From Promethearchaeota archaeon (GTDB taxonomy: Archaea > Asgardarchaeota > Lokiarchaeia > Sigyniarchaeales > SOKP01), in the NCBI GenBank assembly GCA_048941285.1, contig JBHLNS010000019.1, positions 1-51,348 of the forward strand: a DNA stretch of 51,348 bases, read 5' to 3'. A model generated the notes under the pieces. It saw nothing but the letters and a program-made list of their open reading frames with translations, did not search any database and was not told where the DNA came from. This document shows, in pieces, positions 19,855 to 29,524 of the stretch (position 1 is its first letter; every line of letters begins with the position of its first letter). A program made the position numbers and the translations under genes.

Positions 19855-22800
19855 TTGGAAGTTTCTAAAGATAAATTTTTTCAGGTAATCGATAATATTA
19901 AAGAAGGCTATTTTGAAGTAGATCTATGGGGTAATTTTACTTTTTTTAATAAATCTTTACTCAAAATTACTGGATATTCACGAGAAGAATTATTGGGGTT
20001 GAATTATAGATATATAACTGATGAGAAAAATAGAAAAAAAATTTTTGAAGGTTTTAACACTGTTTTCCAAACTGGGCAACCATTAACAGACTTCGAATAT
20101 CAATTTAAAAACAAATCTGGAGAAAAAGTGATTGGTGAAACTTCTGTATATTTAAAGTATGATTCTAAAGGTAATAAAATTGGATTTTATGGCATATTTC
20201 GAGATATAACCAAAAAAAAGGAAGAACAAGAGAGATTTAAAAAAGAAGCAGAACAATTAATTAATTTAAGAACATTAGAATTAAAGGAATCAGAAGAAAA
20301 ATTCCATCAATTATTCAATAAAGCTCCTTATCCTATAGGTTTATTCGATTTAGAAGGTAAATTAATAGAGTGCAATAATGCTACAAGTATTTTATTATCT
20401 ACTCACACTTTAAAAGATTATATTGGAAAAAACTATAAAGAATTTTGGGCCTATCATGAGAAGGATAAGCCCTTAATATCGTTATTTGACGATAAGTTTA
20501 CAGAAATTATTAAAAAAGGAAATACGTCAAATTTTGAATTTCCAATTTATCGGACAAAAGGAGGAATAATATGGTGTTTTGCTACAGCTTCGAAGATAAA
20601 AATTGGCAATAAAGAGTTTATACAAATTATATTAAATGATATCTCAGCACAAAAAGAAGCTCAACAGAAATTAAGAGAATCTGAAAAAAAGTATAGAAAC
20701 TTAGTAGAAAATGCTCAAGAAGGTGTTTGGGCTGTAGATGAAAATGATGTAACTATTTTCGTTAATCCAAAAATTTGTGATATGCTGGGATATACTAAAG
20801 ATGAGATGATGGGTAAAAGTTTGCATTTATTTCTAGAGGACTCAATGACAGAATTCGTTAATAGCTATCGAGAACGTAGGGAAAGAGGATTGAAAGATAC
20901 TTACGAACTTGAATTTATAAAAAAAGATGGAAGTATATTAAGCACTAATATAAATGCTGCTCCAATCTTTAGTCAAAGTGGAGAGTTTAAGGGTTCATTT
21001 GCATATATCAATGATATTACAAACAGAAAAATTGCAGAACTAAAATTAAAAGAGTCTGAAGAAAAGTATCGTTTCATATCTGAAAATGCGATGGATTTAA
21101 TTGCTGTTATAGACATGAAACTAAGGTTTGAATATATAAATGAAAAAGTGCATTCTAAAGTTATGGGATATAAAAAGGAAGAACTTATCGGCAAAAATGC
21201 CATAGAATTTATCCATCCAGATGATCGTGAAAAAGTACTTAATATATTCAAAAAAGCTTTAGATAAAGGTGAAGTTTTTGCAGAAGTAAGAATTAGGCAT
21301 AAAGATGGGCATTATAAGTGGATAGGAAATAATGGAACGATTTATATTGATAAAAAAGGAAAACCAAAATTTCTAATAATAGCAAGAGATATAACAAAAC
21401 GCAAAAAAGCCGAAATAAGGTTGATGGAATCAGAGGAAAAATATAGAAGTATGATAAATCATTTAGATTTAGGATTTTATCAACTAACCTGGGATGGAAT
21501 TTTGTTAAATCATAATCCTAAATTTTGTGAGATCCTAGGTTATAGTCTCTATGAAAATTTAAAAAATAAAGATGTTCACGAATTCTGGCAAAAAGCAGAG
21601 GAACGAAAAACTTATTTAACAGAATTAGAAAAAACGGGTTATATTAAAAATTATTTAGTTAATGCTAAAAAGAAAAATGGTGAAAATATAGTATTACAAT
21701 TAAATTCTCATATAATAAAAAAAAGTGAAGGAAAACCAGTTTTAATTCAAGGTTTAATTTCAGATATTACTCAGAAATTTGAATTAGAAAAAAAGTTAAT
21801 GGAATCAGAAGAAAGATATAGAAATTTAATTGAATCTGTCCCATTTTCAATAGCTTTGATTAATAAACAAGGAGAAATTACATATTGTAATCCTGTAATA
21901 GAAAAATTACTTGGATATCATCGAGATGAATTAATTGGATATCAATTCAAAGATCTTCCATTAATTCATCCAAAATACTTACCTATATTGCTTAGACGTT
22001 TTCAGCAAGTCATAAATGGAGAAATATTAACTCCATTTGAAATTGAATTATATAAAAAAGATAGTAGTATGGTTTGGGTAAGATATCAGTCCACATTAGT
22101 TAAATTAGGTAATGAAGAACTGTTACAAGTAATTCTAAATGACATTACAGAACAAAAACAAGCTGATCTTCTTATAGAAGAAGAGATCATAAAATTGAAA
22201 GAATTGGATCAAATCAGAAAAGATTTGATTTCTCGTGTTTCACATGAATTAAAAACCCCATTAGTTTCTGTATGTGGTGCTGCTGAGCTTCTTTTAAATT
22301 CATTTATAGATGAATTTAAAGATGAACCAAAAGAACTTATTGAAATGATTGAAAAGGGAGGTAAAAGATTAAAATACTTAGTTGATAATTTGGTTGATAT
22401 TACAAGAATAGAATATAAAAAATTCAAATTAGAAAAAGAACTAAATGATTTCAACCAAATTGTGAGGGATTGTACAAGAGAACTGATGTATCTTATAAAA
22501 AAGCGAGAAATAAATTTAGAACTTAACCTTATGGATGATTTATATTTAGAAGTTGATAAAGTAAGAATCGAACAAGTCATACTAAATCTCCTTTCCAATG
22601 CAATCAAAAATACACCCCCCAATGGAAAAATCACAATAAATTCATTACAAGTAGATAATTGTGTGCAATTATCAATACGCGACACTGGTATAGGCCTAAT
22701 AAAAGAAGAGATAGACAGACTATTTACTAAATTTGGTAAGATAGAAAGATATGGGGATGGAATGGAGTATATTGATATCCAGGGAACTGGACTAGGATTA

Positions 22801-22908
22801 TACATCTCTAAAGAAATAATAGATTTGCATAAAGGTCAAATTTGGGTAAAATCTGCTGGTAGGCATAAAGGGAGTGAATTCTCATTAAAAATACCAATAA
22901 GAAGTTAA
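19855..22908 (+). CDS. cytoplasmic histidine kinase with about six PAS domains
   Basis: Repeated ESEEKYR...DIT units; SHELKTPL H-box, NLLSNAIK, DTGIG, GTGLGL; no TM helix or receiver domain. Confidence 0.95.
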   Translation: MEVSKDKFFQVIDNIKEGYFEVDLWGNFTFFNKSLLKITGYSREELLGLNYRYITDEKNRKKIFEGFNTVFQTGQPLTDFEYQFKNKSGEKVIGETSVYLKYDSKGNKIGFYGIFRDITKKKEEQERFKKEAEQLINLRTLELKESEEKFHQLFNKAPYPIGLFDLEGKLIECNNATSILLSTHTLKDYIGKNYKEFWAYHEKDKPLISLFDDKFTEIIKKGNTSNFEFPIYRTKGGIIWCFATASKIKIGNKEFIQIILNDISAQKEAQQKLRESEKKYRNLVENAQEGVWAVDENDVTIFVNPKICDMLGYTKDEMMGKSLHLFLEDSMTEFVNSYRERRERGLKDTYELEFIKKDGSILSTNINAAPIFSQSGEFKGSFAYINDITNRKIAELKLKESEEKYRFISENAMDLIAVIDMKLRFEYINEKVHSKVMGYKKEELIGKNAIEFIHPDDREKVLNIFKKALDKGEVFAEVRIRHKDGHYKWIGNNGTIYIDKKGKPKFLIIARDITKRKKAEIRLMESEEKYRSMINHLDLGFYQLTWDGILLNHNPKFCEILGYSLYENLKNKDVHEFWQKAEERKTYLTELEKTGYIKNYLVNAKKKNGENIVLQLNSHIIKKSEGKPVLIQGLISDITQKFELEKKLMESEERYRNLIESVPFSIALINKQGEITYCNPVIEKLLGYHRDELIGYQFKDLPLIHPKYLPILLRRFQQVINGEILTPFEIELYKKDSSMVWVRYQSTLVKLGNEELLQVILNDITEQKQADLLIEEEIIKLKELDQIRKDLISRVSHELKTPLVSVCGAAELLLNSFIDEFKDEPKELIEMIEKGGKRLKYLVDNLVDITRIEYKKFKLEKELNDFNQIVRDCTRELMYLIKKREINLELNLMDDLYLEVDKVRIEQVILNLLSNAIKNTPPNGKITINSLQVDNCVQLSIRDTGIGLIKEEIDRLFTKFGKIERYGDGMEYIDIQGTGLGLYISKEIIDLHKGQIWVKSAGRHKGSEFSLKIPIRS

Positions 22909-22937
22909 ATTAAAGAATTAAATCAAAACTTGAAGAT

Positions 22938-24809
22938 ATGATGCCATATAATAGAGATGAATTAGGAGAGAGTTATAAGGAGTTGTTTGAACATTCACTA
23001 GATCTAATTTATGTCAATGATTTAAATGGAAATTTTCTAGATGCTAATGATCTTACCTTAATTGCATTGGGTTATGAAAGGGAAGATATTGCAAATATTA
23101 AATTTACAGATATCCTTGAAAAAGCTGAGATAGAAAGAGCAGATAATGTTTTGCATGAAATTTTAAAATTTGGAAAACAATCCAGACGTAGAGAATATAA
23201 AGTAAAAGCGAAAAATGGTAATTATTTAGATATTGAAACTTACAGTATTCCTTTAAAAAGAAATAACAAAATATATGCAATTTTAGGCGTTGGGAAAAAC
23301 ATCACAGATCGAAAAAAAGCAGAACAAAAATTAAAAAAATCTGCCGATATGTTTACCGCTCTTTACAAAGAAGGACCAATTGCAGCCTTTACATGGAAAA
23401 AAGTTGATAAAGATTTCATTTTCATTGATTTTAATAATGCTGCTGATAAAATTACTAATGGTAATATTGTGAATATTTTAGGTCATAAAGCATCAGAATA
23501 TTATATAAATAGACCAGATATTTTAGATGATTTAAATGAATGTTTTAACAAAAAGACTCATTTTGTAAGAGAGATGCAATATAAATTTGAGTTTACTAAT
23601 GAAAAAAAATATTTTTTAGTTAACTATGGCTATGTAAATCCTGATTTGGTTATTGTTCAAGCAGAAGACATAACTGAGAAAAGAATTACTGAAGAAAAAC
23701 TAAAAGAATCTGAAAAGAAATATCGATTTTTTTATGAAAATACTCCATCCTCTATCGTTGTTATAAATTCTAAAGGAAAAATTATTGAATGTAATCCTAC
23801 AACAGAATTAATGTTTGGTTATAAAAAAGAGGAGTTAGTTGGTAAAAAGTTTAATAAAATTTCGGTAATTCACCCAGATTTTTTACCATCCATTATAGAA
23901 AACTTCCAAAGATTCATAAAAGGAGAGGTGGTTCATCGTGTTGATCTCCAAATGTATAAGAAGGATCAAAGTTTAATCTGGGTAAATTTATTAGCATCTC
24001 TGATTCGTATAGAAGATGAATATTATGTACAAGCTTTATTTACTGACATTACAAATCGAAAGGAAGCAGAATTTCTAATAAATGAAGAAATAACAAAACT
24101 AAAGGAACTTGATAAACTCAGAAAAAATTTAATATCTAGAGTTGCTCATGAATTAAAGACTCCGCTTGCCACAGTATGTGGAGGAGCAGAACTTTTTACA
24201 GATCTTTATAGAAATATTTTGGATAATGAACAATTAGAATTAATTAATTTAATTGAAAAAGGAGGAAAGCGACTAAAATATCTGGTTGATAATTTGATTG
24301 ATATCTCTAGGATCGAATATGATAAATTCAAATTAAAAAAGGAAAGAATAGATCTATCTAAGTTAATCAGTGATTCTACTAATGAAATGATACATTTTGC
24401 CAAGGAAAGGAAACTGGTACTCAATTTAGAACTTTCTGAGGAAGTGTATTTGAATATAGATAGAATTAGAATGGAGCAAGTATTGATGAATTTATTATCC
24501 AATGCTATAAAAAATACACCTCCTGAAGGAAAAATTAGCGTTAAGCTAAAGAGATATAATAATAGTGTAGAGTTCTCAATATCCGATACGGGAGTAGGTT
24601 TAACTACAGATGAAATAAATGTTTTGTTTACTAGATTTGGTAAAATCGAAAGATATGGTAATGGATTAGAATATATTAACATTCAAGGTTCTGGGCTTGG
24701 ACTATTTATTTCAAAAGAAATTGTAGCTTTGCATAATGGGACTATTAGAGCAGAATCAGAAGGTAGAAATAAGGGTAGCACTTTCATAGTAGAATTACCA
24801 TTGAACTAA
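22938..24809 (+). CDS. cytoplasmic histidine kinase with about three PAS domains
   Basis: AHELKTPL, NLLSNAIK, DTGVG, GSGLGL; kinase core closely similar to the upstream gene. Confidence 0.95.
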   Translation: MMPYNRDELGESYKELFEHSLDLIYVNDLNGNFLDANDLTLIALGYEREDIANIKFTDILEKAEIERADNVLHEILKFGKQSRRREYKVKAKNGNYLDIETYSIPLKRNNKIYAILGVGKNITDRKKAEQKLKKSADMFTALYKEGPIAAFTWKKVDKDFIFIDFNNAADKITNGNIVNILGHKASEYYINRPDILDDLNECFNKKTHFVREMQYKFEFTNEKKYFLVNYGYVNPDLVIVQAEDITEKRITEEKLKESEKKYRFFYENTPSSIVVINSKGKIIECNPTTELMFGYKKEELVGKKFNKISVIHPDFLPSIIENFQRFIKGEVVHRVDLQMYKKDQSLIWVNLLASLIRIEDEYYVQALFTDITNRKEAEFLINEEITKLKELDKLRKNLISRVAHELKTPLATVCGGAELFTDLYRNILDNEQLELINLIEKGGKRLKYLVDNLIDISRIEYDKFKLKKERIDLSKLISDSTNEMIHFAKERKLVLNLELSEEVYLNIDRIRMEQVLMNLLSNAIKNTPPEGKISVKLKRYNNSVEFSISDTGVGLTTDEINVLFTRFGKIERYGNGLEYINIQGSGLGLFISKEIVALHNGTIRAESEGRNKGSTFIVELPLN

Positions 24810-24829
24810 TTCCATTAGATATCAATAAC

Positions 24830-25417
24830 TTATTTAATTTTTGCCAGATTATACCCTTGTTCGATTAATTCGTAATTAATATTACCTAATTTTTCCCCCA
24901 TTCGCTTAAGAACTACAGACTTCAAGTTATCTAAATTTAGATCAGGTAATGCTTTTGAAAGTAAGCCCAGAATTGGAGTGTTAATAACAGGATTTCCATC
25001 AATAGTGAGATCTTTCTCTATTGCTAATTTGCTGATGTCAGCAACAATTATCTTTATATCCATACTTAAATTAAATTTACTAACAAAAAATTCTGGATCT
25101 TTTTCAGAATTAATTATAAAAAATCCATCTTGTCTTAAAGAAGACACAATTTCTTGACTTAACACAGTTTCATCAAAAATAATTAGAATATTCGGTCTTT
25201 CTATTTGAGCTCTATCCCAAATAGTTTCTTTTCGAGATAATTTAACATATGCTTGCACAGGAGCACCTCGTCTTTCTGCTCCGAATGAAGGATATGCATG
25301 CACATCAATAAAATTTCCACTTAAATAGGCAGCTTCTGCAATAATTTCACAAGCGGTTACTGCGCCTTGACCTCCTCTTCCATGAATAATTATTTCGATA
25401 TTTTCTGATTCATTCAT
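24830..25417 (-). CDS. porG: 2-oxoacid:ferredoxin oxidoreductase gamma subunit
   Basis: HGRGGQGAVT, PSFGAERRGAPV, NTPILG. Confidence 0.93.
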   Translation of the reverse strand: MNESENIEIIIHGRGGQGAVTACEIIAEAAYLSGNFIDVHAYPSFGAERRGAPVQAYVKLSRKETIWDRAQIERPNILIIFDETVLSQEIVSSLRQDGFFIINSEKDPEFFVSKFNLSMDIKIIVADISKLAIEKDLTIDGNPVINTPILGLLSKALPDLNLDNLKSVVLKRMGEKLGNINYELIEQGYNLAKIK

Positions 25418-25626
25418 AATTAAAACTGAAGAATATTGGTTAAATGTTAATTATTATGAAGTTTACCGAATAATATAAAATTTTTTTAAATTTCTTGCAA
25501 GCATGTAAATAAAAAAAGTTAATAAAATTATCAATTCTTTAAAAGAAATAACATTTATAAGAAAAAGAGATTATAATTTATCATTAACTCAATAAATAGC
25601 TATTCTCAAGTCTAAGTGAAAAGCAT

Positions 25627-26472
25627 ATGAAAAATCAAACTGGATTTTTTGAAGGAAGGGAATTAAAAAAATTATTCTATCAATGCTGGCTACCAGATAT
25701 GGGAGAAATTAAGGCATATATTATCGCAATTCATGGTTGGGGAACTAATTCTGAAAGATTAAAAAATGTTTCAGAATATTTGACAACAAATGGGTACGCT
25801 ATTTATGCTTTTGATCTAAGAGGGCACGGGAAAAATATTGGGGATATACCTGGACATATAGATAGTATAGATCATATCCTAAAAGACACACTTCTTTTTA
25901 TGGACTTCATCAAAAAAATTGCGAATGATAAAAATATTTTTATAATGGGACACTCTTTTGGGGGTTTAATCAGTTTAATTTTTGCTATTCACCATCCTAC
26001 ATTATCAGGAGTATTAGTCTCGTCACCATTATTAGGAATGTATTTAAAATTATCGTTGGGTAAAAAAGTTATAAAATCGATATCTAAAACTATTACCAAG
26101 TTGTCACCAAATAAGATGTTAGATTACGTTATTGATCAAAATCAATTAACAAGTGATTTAAAAATATTAAGACTATATATTGCTGATAAGCATAAAATAG
26201 AAGTCATGTCGGCAAAATCTGCGACAGATATTGATCAATATTCAAAATGGGCAATGGAAAATGCATCAAATCTACTCTGCCCAACATTAATTATGCAGGC
26301 TGGATCAGACAAAATAGCAGATTCTTCTAAAACTAAAGAATTCTTTGATAAAGTAAGAAGTGGGGATAAAACCTATAAAGAATACCCTGGCTTTTTACAT
26401 GAATTATGGAATGAAAAAAATAGAGCTCAAATATACCAAGATATGTATGTGTGGCTTGAGAAGCATTTATGA
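25627..26472 (+). CDS. alpha/beta hydrolase, lysophospholipase/monoglyceride lipase type
   Basis: IHGWG, DLRGHG, GHSFGG, SDKIAD, LHEL. Confidence 0.92.
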   Translation: MKNQTGFFEGRELKKLFYQCWLPDMGEIKAYIIAIHGWGTNSERLKNVSEYLTTNGYAIYAFDLRGHGKNIGDIPGHIDSIDHILKDTLLFMDFIKKIANDKNIFIMGHSFGGLISLIFAIHHPTLSGVLVSSPLLGMYLKLSLGKKVIKSISKTITKLSPNKMLDYVIDQNQLTSDLKILRLYIADKHKIEVMSAKSATDIDQYSKWAMENASNLLCPTLIMQAGSDKIADSSKTKEFFDKVRSGDKTYKEYPGFLHELWNEKNRAQIYQDMYVWLEKHL

Positions 26473-26538
26473 AATAATAATAAAGTTATAAATATTGTAA
26501 GAATTCATCTGTAATTATTATAATAAAATAAATTTTCT

Positions 26539-29316
26539 TTGATCAAAATGTCGAAAACTAACCAAAAAATCTCAAAAATATTAATAATCAGTCTAGTAGT
26601 ATTAATAGCTAGCAACATTCTTGTGTTTTTTTTGATAAAACCATCTTTCGGTCAAACTAATAGCTCAAAAAATATATTACTAATAAGTAAAGGAGATGAT
26701 AATGAATTTGTACAGGGTCTGGGAATTGATAAGGATAATTTCAATGTATCGACTATTTCTGATACTGAACCTTTAGAGTCTATTGGTCCATGGATTGATT
26801 CTGTTATTTTATTTGATGTTCATTTAAACTCATCGCAGCAACAAGTGATTTCTAATTTTGTTGAAATGGGTGGAGCTGCAATAATTTTTATGGGGCAAAA
26901 TCTGCATGATAACGCTTCTCTATTAGAAGAATTAGGAATAATTAATAACGCCTTGTATGAATCAGGGAAATCTAAAAATCAGGAAATTATGCTTTCTATT
27001 ATATATAACGGCACATATTCAATTTCTAAGAATATTGATTGGAATTCTGCTCCTGAAATGAAGGTTAATAATATGACAATAATTCCAATAGCTAGTTTGA
27101 ATTCATCAGTTAGAAGAATAGTTGACGTTTATCCTGCATCAAGAAATTTGCAGATTAACCTATTTCGACAACCACTTATACTAGAAAGAGAAAAAGGAAG
27201 CGGTAAAGTAACTCTATTTTCAGGTTGGTTAGAAACAGATGCGAACAAGGATTTTAAAGTATGGCCTTATTTTAATTATCTATTATATGGTTTAATTTTT
27301 GAAACTCTAGATTCACCATTTCAAACATATCCCATATGGCCTTATTCACCAGTTCCTCATCTTTTAGAACAAATTATTATAGGTGTAATTATTTTTATCC
27401 TTGCAATTTTGGCAATAGCTTTATTTGTTATTGTTAAAAGAAGATCTAGAACTGCTATCGACCAAGAAGCTATAGAAGCTTTAAAGCTTCAAGCTGAAGA
27501 GGAAGAGAGAAAAAAGTTAGAAGAAGCTGAAGCTTTAGATAAAAGATTGGAAGAGCATGTAGATTTAAAAGATGATTGGGAAGTAATAGGGGTTCACCGT
27601 CAATTAGGAGGCTTTCTTTTTACATTATTCCTAGCACTTATTTTAGTTTTACCGCAACTATTAATCTCAAACTATATAATGCCACAATTCATACAACCAT
27701 ATCCACAAGCTGCAGGTTGGTATAATTATGCATTTAATTTCTTTCAAATCATATGGATTCTATTTGATTTTGGAACTAGTTTTGCTTTAGCTAAATATTT
27801 TGCCCAACATCGGGTAAAAAATCCAGAAAAAGCAATACATTATATACAGATTTATGTTTGGTGGCAAATATTTACTGGAATTATTCAGATATCAGTGATT
27901 GGTTTTATAGGTTCTATTATCTTCCCGTATACTAATCTTGCTCATATGAGTTGGATTTTTGTGGTTTACTCTTTTGTGCAATATCCTGGTGTATTTTTAG
28001 TATTCATGTATACTTTTCAAGGAATGCAGCGGTCAGACTATTATTTAATCTTGTACATCGCTTGGGAAGTGGTGTTTTTATTAGTAGGGCAAGTCCTCTT
28101 TTGTTATATTGGCCGTATATGGGGTGCTGCTAATCCAATATTTGGTGAAGCTTTGGGTGCAGGAATTGGTTATGCTATTGCCAGGTGCTTCGATTACTGG
28201 ATGACATTTATTATTTCTATATTAATTTTTAGGAAACAGGGATTTTCGCCAAAAACGTGTTTTAGAATTGACTTTTCTAAAAGTGAGATTAAAGAATCAC
28301 TAGTTTACGGTTCAAGATTAGGGATTGGAGAAGGTTTCGTACAAATAGGATGGTTTATACAAGTAATAATTACATCTACTTTCGTCGCAAATTATTCTAA
28401 CAATTTAGGCTGGTTCAATTTAGTATGGACATTGGGTCAAATCGTAATGATAGTAACATTATATTCAAATACATTATTAGGGGCATACAGCGAATCGTTT
28501 TCTCATAATAAAAAGGCATTAACAAAATTATATATATATCAAGCATTTAGATGGGGTAATTATTTTGCATTTTTCTTAATATCTGTTTTATTTGCAACAG
28601 GAGCAAAATTCTTAATTGGAGCCGCAGGTGAGGAATATGGCGGTCCTGCAGTTAAATTCTTAGTTCCGTTATTATTCTTTCATGTAGGAGGAATATATTC
28701 TTGGCTGGTTGACCCCGTATTCCAAGGCACAGGACGTACAAATTATGCGATGATAACATGGATTATCGAACAAGCAACTCGCGCATTTCTCATGTTGCTA
28801 TTCGTAATACTTCTTAGAGATATGGTTTTTGTAATTATAGCTTACATTCCTGCAGTAATTGTAAAAGATATAATTGCATGGTTGATTGTTAGGAAAAAGA
28901 TTATTAAATTTAAAATCTATCCATTTAAAACATTTCTAACTCCATTAATATCGGCAATTATAAATTTTATTGTTTTATATTACTTAGGCGAACTGATTTG
29001 GATGATAGATTTAGGAGATAAAATCATTAATACCGCAATACTGTTCTTATTAGGGATTTTTGTTTTTATATTCTTTTACGCTTTCTTAGATGGTTTTCTG
29101 GGGGGATATGATGATAATACATTGCAAGAATTTCAAAGAGCAACATCTTTGGTAACCACCCGAGGAATTAAAGCTTTTCCAAAGACAATGAGTAAACTAG
29201 CAAAAATTGGCAGCAAAATAAGTCCATTTCATAATAAATTCAAAGTAGACATTTATGAAGAAGCAATGAAAGAAGCATACGATTTAACATTAGAAAAACG
29301 GATTTTAAAAATTTAA
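26539..29316 (+). CDS. large membrane protein: extracytoplasmic class-I GATase-like domain, TM, charged linker and MOP/Wzx-like flippase region
   Basis: N-terminal signal/TM; FVEMGGAAIIF and KGSGKV motifs; more than 12 hydrophobic helices with FDFGTSFALAKY and FQGMQR patterns. Confidence 0.6.
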   Translation: MIKMSKTNQKISKILIISLVVLIASNILVFFLIKPSFGQTNSSKNILLISKGDDNEFVQGLGIDKDNFNVSTISDTEPLESIGPWIDSVILFDVHLNSSQQQVISNFVEMGGAAIIFMGQNLHDNASLLEELGIINNALYESGKSKNQEIMLSIIYNGTYSISKNIDWNSAPEMKVNNMTIIPIASLNSSVRRIVDVYPASRNLQINLFRQPLILEREKGSGKVTLFSGWLETDANKDFKVWPYFNYLLYGLIFETLDSPFQTYPIWPYSPVPHLLEQIIIGVIIFILAILAIALFVIVKRRSRTAIDQEAIEALKLQAEEEERKKLEEAEALDKRLEEHVDLKDDWEVIGVHRQLGGFLFTLFLALILVLPQLLISNYIMPQFIQPYPQAAGWYNYAFNFFQIIWILFDFGTSFALAKYFAQHRVKNPEKAIHYIQIYVWWQIFTGIIQISVIGFIGSIIFPYTNLAHMSWIFVVYSFVQYPGVFLVFMYTFQGMQRSDYYLILYIAWEVVFLLVGQVLFCYIGRIWGAANPIFGEALGAGIGYAIARCFDYWMTFIISILIFRKQGFSPKTCFRIDFSKSEIKESLVYGSRLGIGEGFVQIGWFIQVIITSTFVANYSNNLGWFNLVWTLGQIVMIVTLYSNTLLGAYSESFSHNKKALTKLYIYQAFRWGNYFAFFLISVLFATGAKFLIGAAGEEYGGPAVKFLVPLLFFHVGGIYSWLVDPVFQGTGRTNYAMITWIIEQATRAFLMLLFVILLRDMVFVIIAYIPAVIVKDIIAWLIVRKKIIKFKIYPFKTFLTPLISAIINFIVLYYLGELIWMIDLGDKIINTAILFLLGIFVFIFFYAFLDGFLGGYDDNTLQEFQRATSLVTTRGIKAFPKTMSKLAKIGSKISPFHNKFKVDIYEEAMKEAYDLTLEKRILKI

Positions 29317-29372
29317 ATTTCTTTTTTCTCCATATATTTTTTTTTTTATCCAACTTCCTTTTTTTTATTTCT
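29317..29372 (+). terminator. oligo-T tracts, probable archaeal terminator
   Basis: Several long T runs immediately after the 29316 stop. Confidence 0.5.
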
Positions 29373-29524
29373 TAGTATTTTGGAAGTCTCTTAAAAATAA
29401 TAAAAAGCCAATATATCTTCATTATAATTGTTATTAAAAATTTAACAAATGCAGTTAATATTAAATCACTGTTATAATAGAATATGTGATTAATATTCAT
29501 ATTTAATGTTCAAATGAGTGAATT

